A stretch of DNA of 63,704 nucleotides, the filler included, from Globobulimina sp. (taxonomy: Eukaryota), in NCBI GenBank assembly GCA_003354225.1. It is 18 parts of 18 records of this genome, joined end to end, with 100 filler letters (N's around TTAATTAATTAA, not from the genome) between each part and the next. Parts side by side here need not be neighbours in the genome. Positions count along the whole stretch, not along the records: positions 56,721 to 60,162 come from PIVH01002782.1; positions 60,263 to 63,704 come from PIVH01002783.1; 16 more parts are not named here. The stretch is one strand, 5' to 3'. The number at the start of each line of letters is the position of its first letter. Position 1 is the stretch's first letter. A program made the position numbers and the translations under genes. A model generated the notes under the pieces. It saw nothing but the letters and a program-made list of their open reading frames with translations. It ran no database searches and was not told the origin of the DNA. Shown in pieces: positions 57,315 to 63,704 of the stretch.

Positions 57315-58436
57315 TTATTGTCTTGAACGTGATCTAGACCGTGATCGTGATCTTGACCTTGCCACACGGTGTTTTGAGTGCTTTTTATCATCTAATTGTT
57401 CAATACCAAATATGGATATCATTGAAGACACAATATTTGTATCATTCTCAATTGTTACAAATTTTGAATTTGAATCGAATGAAAATTCAATTTTTCCATC
57501 ATAATATCCTCTGTGTCTTCTATCTCTATCCATATCTCTCTCCCTCTCCATATCTCTGTCTCTGTGTCTAGCTCTATATCTATCTCTATCTTGCCCTCTT
57601 TCATTCGAATTCCTTCGGATTTCAGAATTAAAATATCTAAATTTACCTCTCCCTTTCCTAGTGGTACCACCTTCATCCACGTAATTTACTGAATTCATTT
57701 TAAACTCTGCCTTTGATTTTTTTTTCTTTCCTTTTCCTTTCTTATCCCTGTAATCATCATCACTTTCACTCTCACTCTCACTCTCTGACTCCGCCTCTGA
57801 CTCTGATGGAGAATGAGAATGAGAATCGTTCTCCGCAACAGAACCATCTCTATGTTCATTATCATCGTTTTTGTTGTTTGTAGGTACACTTTTTTTGACA
57901 AGCATTAATTGGCCACATTTGGAGACACAGATTGGAATTAATGGTCGATCATTTGTGTCTGTTTGAAGTGATTCTATTTTATTAACAACCTCTTTCCCAT
58001 CAATAACTTTCCCAAACACAACATGTTTATTATTTAAATGATCGCAGTTTGACGTACAAATAAAAAATTGTGAACCATTTGTGTTTTTGCCTGCATTTGC
58101 CATGGATAAATAATATTTGTTGTGTTTAATTTTAAAGTTTTCATCATCAAAATGTCGGCCATAAATAGATAGACCTCCGGTACCATCACCTTTTGTAAAA
58201 TCACCCAATTGAATCATAAAACCATTTATCACACGATGTACAATTGAATTTTTATAATATAATCTCTTCTTTCGATTATTTATTGGAAGACTTGATTCTC
58301 CTTTACATAACGAAATAAAATTAATGGCGGTGCGAGGCACGATATCCGCGAATAATTCAATAATAACTCGACCTAAGGCTTCCGTTCCTTGTTTGAAATC
58401 TAGATAACATCGAGGATTTACTGGTTTTTGTGACAT
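57315..58436 (-). CDS. Cyclophilin with RS/RD-rich tail (PPIG-like)
   Basis: HRVINGFMIQLGDF, SIYG..FDDENF, SMANAGKNTNGSQFFI, HVVFGKV; terminal RS repeats. Confidence 0.93.
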   Translation of the reverse strand: MSQKPVNPRCYLDFKQGTEALGRVIIELFADIVPRTAINFISLCKGESSLPINNRKKRLYYKNSIVHRVINGFMIQLGDFTKGDGTGGLSIYGRHFDDENFKIKHNKYYLSMANAGKNTNGSQFFICTSNCDHLNNKHVVFGKVIDGKEVVNKIESLQTDTNDRPLIPICVSKCGQLMLVKKSVPTNNKNDDNEHRDGSVAENDSHSHSPSESEAESESESESESDDDYRDKKGKGKKKKSKAEFKMNSVNYVDEGGTTRKGRGKFRYFNSEIRRNSNERGQDRDRYRARHRDRDMERERDMDRDRRHRGYYDGKIEFSFDSNSKFVTIENDTNIVSSMISIFGIEQLDDKKHSKHRVARSRSRSRSRSRSRQ

Positions 58437-58563
58437 GATGTGGCAGAGCGTACAGTTTTTTCTTAGATCATCAACAAATACTGTTAGTACCTTGAATTTT
58501 TTTGTTTTATTTAAGAAAGCTTAAATTGATAATTTCAAATTGATAATTACTCAAATGTGACGG

Positions 58564-59793
58564 TTAAAAGATGGATTGTTTAAAAGTATTCGATTTATAT
58601 ACATCACCAACCAATATCTCCAATTGTCGAATTGTTTTATGTTTACGCATTGCTTTGATTTGCTGCAGTTGTTTATATTTACTTTGTTTCTCATTCACCG
58701 CCATCACTTTCCCTTCAATCAATGCATCATTATCCTTGTCAATAAAATTTAATATTGGCTCACCATAAAAGGAGGAATCATTTATTTTCAATATATCCCC
58801 TTCAGCCAACAATGGATGATAATAATAATTTGTCTCAATCTGTTTATATAACCAATCCTTGTAATCCCTAAATACTTTCACCATAATGGTTGGTCGCAAA
58901 CGTAATATTTCATGCAACAGTATGCCATCATTATTTATTTGATTTTTAATCAATTCTAAATTATTTTTGTCAATGTTTACATCATTCAAATTCACTTTAG
59001 TAAGCTCCACATTTCTTGAAATTTCTATCAAATTCTTTGGTTGCTGTTTCTTACTCATTTGTTGGATAAATACAATACGAATTAACCTATGGAAGGACAT
59101 CACAATTATGGACGATAAATTCAATAATAATTGGGTCAATTGATATGGATTTAATAATTGTTTTAGAAATAAGATCCTTGGAATAACATCGCCGTCGATA
59201 TTTTGTATTAATACAGTTGGCTGTCTCCGAATTATATCCAATACAAATTCCATTCTTTCCGCTTTGTTTATTTCGCCATTTGCATCATCAATCACATGAT
59301 CACATAAATGTTGCACAATTTCAGTAATTTGATGTTGTAAATATAAAATATCACAGTCCAATGTTAATGGTTGCCGCATTATCATTGTTCTCATATATGA
59401 CTCTCCTCCGAATGTCTCCGATAAAAAATCACTTATTTCTTGTATGTTCTTTTCTGTGTTTGTTATGTCAGTTATTTGTGGATAGTCTTCCAATACTTTG
59501 GCTAGTTTGTCTTTGGATATTTTTAATATATTTGATAATCGGATTGCGAATGGCAATTCATACTGTTCCACACGCCTTAGTTTATTGAAATGAACATAGG
59601 GATTTGGATCAGCATTGCCACGATACATTGGATCTAAAATAGACTTTGCTGATATTTCTTGAGCTTTTATTTTAGGTGATTTCGGCAACAAATGGCGAGG
59701 CAATGTATCCACTATAAAACATTTTTGGATATAATAACTGTATGTTTGATGATGGAAATGTTTCATATAACCGTGATTGACTGAGTTCAACAT
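58564..59793 (-). CDS. mTERF-repeat-like protein
   Basis: VLEDYPQI, MIMRQPLTL and IIRRQPTVLIQNIDGDVIPRILFLKQL resemble mTERF motifs. Confidence 0.62.
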   Translation of the reverse strand: MLNSVNHGYMKHFHHQTYSYYIQKCFIVDTLPRHLLPKSPKIKAQEISAKSILDPMYRGNADPNPYVHFNKLRRVEQYELPFAIRLSNILKISKDKLAKVLEDYPQITDITNTEKNIQEISDFLSETFGGESYMRTMIMRQPLTLDCDILYLQHQITEIVQHLCDHVIDDANGEINKAERMEFVLDIIRRQPTVLIQNIDGDVIPRILFLKQLLNPYQLTQLLLNLSSIIVMSFHRLIRIVFIQQMSKKQQPKNLIEISRNVELTKVNLNDVNIDKNNLELIKNQINNDGILLHEILRLRPTIMVKVFRDYKDWLYKQIETNYYYHPLLAEGDILKINDSSFYGEPILNFIDKDNDALIEGKVMAVNEKQSKYKQLQQIKAMRKHKTIRQLEILVGDVYKSNTFKQSIF

Positions 59794-60689
59794 AACGCGC
59801 TTATTAAAGTCTCAGATGAAAAACTTTTAACTTTCGGAAAAACAATGATCATTCAATTCATTCAACACAATATGCAAATAATCGTCATCTGTTCAGTCGA
59901 AAATAAGAAGTGCTACATTTGCACACCGTGCTATCGCTCATTGGCCCAAACAACGGAAATTTTCAAATCATTTGGTTTTCTATCAATATTTATTACATAT
60001 TTAGTATAGATTCCCGATGTCAAATAATGAGGATACTCTCACAGTGAGTGATACAAACAAATTTGTGACCTCATTCTTTTTTTCCGTAACAATAGGTTTT
60101 CTTATTATTGGTTGTTATATATAATATTGTTACAATTATTCTCAACTAAAACGAAAGCGGTGNNNNNNNNNNNNNNNNNNNNNNNNNNNNNNNNNNNNNN
60201 NNNNNNTTAATTAATTAANNNNNNNNNNNNNNNNNNNNNNNNNNNNNNNNNNNNNNNNNNNNTTACAACCTATACCCAAGAGGATATTGAATTAAATGAT
60301 GAACGTAAAATGAAGAAATTATTAAAATTAAGATTGCAAGAAATTGCAAAAGCAGAAAATTGGGCAAATGAGATGAGTGCTACCAAAACAAATTCAAATA
60401 ATTCCTCAAATTATAGTTCCAATATGGTTGAAAACTAATTACTGTGAAAACAAAACATGGTCTTCTCAGCTCAGCTGACACCAATTCAAAATGTTGTTGA
60501 ATGATATCGATGGCACAACTGCTAATTCGATTCATTGATCAATTCGATTGTTTGCAGCTATGAATTCATAATGTGATAAAATATTTGGCTAACAGTGTTT
60601 CAGAATAAAAAACAGATTCAAAGCATTTTTTGCTTTTTTCATTAACTGAAGAAGCGTCACCAGTTTGCATTGTGCCCCCTCAGTTTGAG

Positions 60690-61556
60690 ATGGCAACTCA
60701 ATTGGAAGAGAAATTGTTTTTTGAAGGTAAATACCAGCAATGTCTGGATTTAATAAGGAATAACATTCCGAAATTGTCAGGCTATGATGACACCAAAGAG
60801 CATTTAGCTATTTTAGGATCACAATGCTTATTTGAAACTGGCAAAGGCTCAGAAATACAGTCATTTTTTGAGACATCATATCAACGACAATTATTGTTGT
60901 TGCCACCAACAGTATTCTTTGTTTATATAAATTATTTATTTCATAACAATGATTATAAATTAGCTATAGATTTATTACAACAATTCCATGCAAAAGGAAA
61001 ACCAATGAGTAATGATGAATATATCCAATGGGTGAAATTAATAATTTATGACGGATTTATCAATCATAGAAAATATAAAAAAGCAATCAAATTTTTAAAA
61101 AAACAGCATCGATTAAATAAAAAAAATAGAAATGCTTTAATGGATCAGATAAACATTAAAATGGAACAAGATTCAGCATTTATTAAAATGGAACAAGACT
61201 GTGATTCTGATTCTGTTTCCGTTTCCGATCATAATGCAAATTTTGATATTGAGGAAAAAGACTTGAGTGACAATGATAATATTGACATTATTGACGACAT
61301 TGATGATGATAGAAAATTAGCCTTAAAGCAAAATAAAAAACAAAATGGAGTGCAAACAATATATGAAATAATATCTGTGTTAAAACAGCATACAAATATT
61401 AATGGAAAAACAATATTTAAAATGTTTTGTATTGCTATCATTATATGGATATTGGTTAAAATCGCAAAGAGAAATAAAAAAATAATAACAGAGTATATCG
61501 CTGATTTCAGGAACTTATTGATTCTGAGCATCGGTAAATCGCGGATCACTGTTTAA
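60690..61556 (+). CDS. PEX26/APEM9-like tail-anchored peroxin
   Basis: LAILGSQCLFE, Y....LLPPTVF, EY..WVKLII, and a C-terminal TM followed by KRNKK. Confidence 0.62.
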   Translation: MATQLEEKLFFEGKYQQCLDLIRNNIPKLSGYDDTKEHLAILGSQCLFETGKGSEIQSFFETSYQRQLLLLPPTVFFVYINYLFHNNDYKLAIDLLQQFHAKGKPMSNDEYIQWVKLIIYDGFINHRKYKKAIKFLKKQHRLNKKNRNALMDQINIKMEQDSAFIKMEQDCDSDSVSVSDHNANFDIEEKDLSDNDNIDIIDDIDDDRKLALKQNKKQNGVQTIYEIISVLKQHTNINGKTIFKMFCIAIIIWILVKIAKRNKKIITEYIADFRNLLILSIGKSRITV

Positions 61557-61846
61557 CTGCTTTAGCCTTGCACTGAATTGAATGCACTCACTCACTCACT
61601 TTGTTTTTTTAACAATTGTATTTTCCCTGTCGAGCATGCCAAACTTATCAAAAAAAAAAAGGACGGAGAGGATTCAATCCCCAGCGCGAGGTTGCAAAGG
61701 CTCAAAGAATTCTACAAAAACACAAATCTGACAAATTCCTTAAACGTATGTTGTAATCAAATATTAAATAATCAATAAATAATAAACACATTTAATCAGA
61801 ACAAGGTGCCTCATGGAAATACGGTCATTTAACGCAAAATCAAGTA

Positions 61847-63330
61847 ATGACCGGTGCAGACAAATTATTTCACGCAAAAGAAATAAAAATATCCAAATCA
61901 CGTGGATTGGCTGATGACGCGAATGAGGAAAATCCATACTTCAAATCGCAATACAATGATGATAGAAATTTAAGCAACTTTGAAGATGATCAACTATTTA
62001 GACATCAAGTACGAATCGTTAATGATACTTCAGACATTATTGATCCATCTGACTCCGACTTGGAAAACGATACTGATTTAATAAAAGGTCTTACTAACAA
62101 TGATGAAATATCATGGTCAAGAAAGAAAAAAAAAATGGATGAGGACGAAGAAGAGGCCTTCTTGGAATCGAGTGGTGATGATTTAGATCGAGATTATGAT
62201 GATCTGCTTATTCAACAAAATGAAGATGATGCCATTGATATTGACACACAAATATTGCAAGCAACAGAAACAACAGAAACAACAGCACCAATTTTCGATA
62301 AAAGAAGCACTAAACGACGGAGAGCAAATAAATTGAAAAATGAAATTGAAAGACAAATTATGAATGATAATGATGAAAATAAGAAACGATTATTAAATTT
62401 AAGCAAACAATTTAATGAAAATTATAAAAACAATAATAATAATAATAAGAGATTATATGACAATGAGAGTGATGGTTCATCGTATTATCATTCATCGGAT
62501 TCAGATTCAGATCGAGAGGAATATAAATATGATAATGATAATGATAACGATGTAGATGGCGATGGTGAGTTGCTAGCGGAGGAAGGAGTGGGTAAAGTAT
62601 TTTGGGGCGAAAAGCAGGATATTTATTATGGTGCGGACGGAATGAATAAAGTTTTTAACAGTAAATCAGAGAAAGAACAATATACACAATTGAGAGATGA
62701 GGAAGACATTGCCCTTCAAATGCAAAAAGATGAGGTTATACATGAGAGACACAAAGATTTTATTGATTTAGAAATGGAAGAAATGATGATTCAACAAATG
62801 GAGAAAGAAAAAAAACATAAACAACCTAAAAAACAGGAAAAACATGAAAAAGAGGAAAAGCAGGAAAGGCAGAAAAAAGAGGATGAGATAATTGAGATTG
62901 ATGTGATTGAGAAAATGGACATTGATAAAGCCAATGTAGAGGTAATAAGAAAGGAGAAGGTGACCAGAGGAGAGAGAGTGGATCGAATCGACAAAGATCA
63001 TCCAGAGTTATTTGGAATGATTAAGGAGTTAAAAGAAATTATCTCCGAAATGAAAATGGTTTATCAATTTCGACAAAAAGCAATACAGAAACGATTTGAC
63101 GATGGCATTGAAGATAGCACATTATTTATTGAATTATTACGGACATATTCAAGTACAATTTGTTTTTATTTACAATTAAAAGCAAAGAAAATGGATCGGA
63201 ATAAATTAAAAAAACATGGAATTTATAGTATTTTGTTGAAATTAAAACACAGAGTGTCAAGTTTTCGAAAGATTTATAAAAATTCGATGCAATTTCTCCA
63301 GGGTTTGGGTGATAATTGGGATCGAAGCAA
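61847..63330 (+). CDS. SAS10: SAS10/UTP3 (SSU processome), interrupted at ~63330
   Basis: WGEKQDIYYGAD, EEDIALQMQK, DHPELFGMIKEL, TYSSTICFYLQLKA..KKHGI. The C-terminal Sas10 domain is absent. Confidence 0.85.
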
Positions 63331-63704
63331 ATATTTACAAGAAAAGACGGCATTGTCATTGATAGTTTTAATGTTTCTGATTTTAGAACAGAGAAGTTCG
63401 TTAATGAAAGTAGATATAAACTAATTGAAAAGGCTGTTGCAAATTCGATATCCGACGATTTAAATATTGAAAAAGAATTTAAAAAAGTTAGATCAAAATG
63501 GAAACGACTTATTAATAATTCTGCTGGTTTATCGGATAAGGTTGAAATTGATTTTGAAGAGCATGATAAATATTCGATTATAGATGTGTCTGCTCCGGAT
63601 AAAATTGGATTATTATATACAATCACAAATAAAATGGCTCAACTTGGTCTAACGGTCGCATTTGCTAAAATATCAACCAAGGTAGATGGTGTTCCAGATC
63701 CATT
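63331..63704 (+). CDS. glnD: Fragment of bacterial PII uridylyltransferase (tandem ACT domains)
   Basis: Frame not in the ORF track: IFTRKDGIVIDSFNV...YSIIDVSAPDKIGLLYTIT...AFAKISTKVDG. Confidence 0.82.
   Translation, partial: MFTRKDGIVIDSFNVSDFRTEKFVNESRYKLIEKAVANSISDDLNIEKEFKKVRSKWKRLINNSAGLSDKVEIDFEEHDKYSIIDVSAPDKIGLLYTITNKMAQLGLTVAFAKISTKVDGVPDP

Noticed and set aside
3448-60262. Regular ~3.5-kb periodic TTAATTAATTAA motif as a biological repeat or nanochromosome boundary
   Set aside because: It is flanked by exact N44 runs, contigs are length-sorted and genes are cut mid-frame: a concatenation linker.
61651-61720. tRNA on the minus strand followed by poly-T
   Set aside because: The T-arm-like hairpin lacks TTCGA and no anticodon or acceptor stems could be built; at most a degenerate Pol III-type RNA.
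1-63704. Gene clusters or operons spanning spacers (e.g. a peroxisome or sulfation cluster)
   Set aside because: The contigs are unlinked, so adjacency across spacers is meaningless.
1-63704. Giant-virus or bacterial genome
   Set aside because: Many spliceosomal introns and core eukaryotic genes (ESS2, SAS10, CCDC22, MCM5); no NCLDV markers seen.

Overview
This window is not one locus. It is 18 unrelated, length-sorted contigs (3447 down to 3442 bp) joined by an artificial 100-bp spacer (N44-TTAATTAATTAA-N44), so neighbourhood only means something inside a contig. Most contigs come from an AT-rich, gene-dense eukaryote with short GT-AG introns (mostly 55-115 bp). The mix of gene families suggests a foraminiferan/rhizarian, but that is inference. 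Recognisable genes include MCM5, CCDC22, ESS2, SAS10/UTP3, a Fab1/PIKfyve kinase domain, kinesin, an RS-cyclophilin, mTERF, an ABC half-transporter, four sulfotransferases, SPRY proteins and C2H2/CCCH zinc-finger proteins. Two contigs are mobile DNA: a frameshifted CR1/L2-like LINE and a Maverick/Polinton-like fragment. The last contig joins SAS10 to a bacterial glnD fragment. The best leads are: a PLS-class PPR protein ending in a DYW-like domain; an ADP-ribosyltransferase-like protein with an H-STS-ExE signature; a 7TM receptor 47 bp head-to-head with a secreted three-finger (LU)-like protein; bacterial-type enzymes carrying PTS2/PTS1 signals plus a PEX26-like gene; an N-terminal domain shared by two C2H2 proteins; and a 118-nt fold-back element. 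All calls are from motif recognition by eye; no searches were run.
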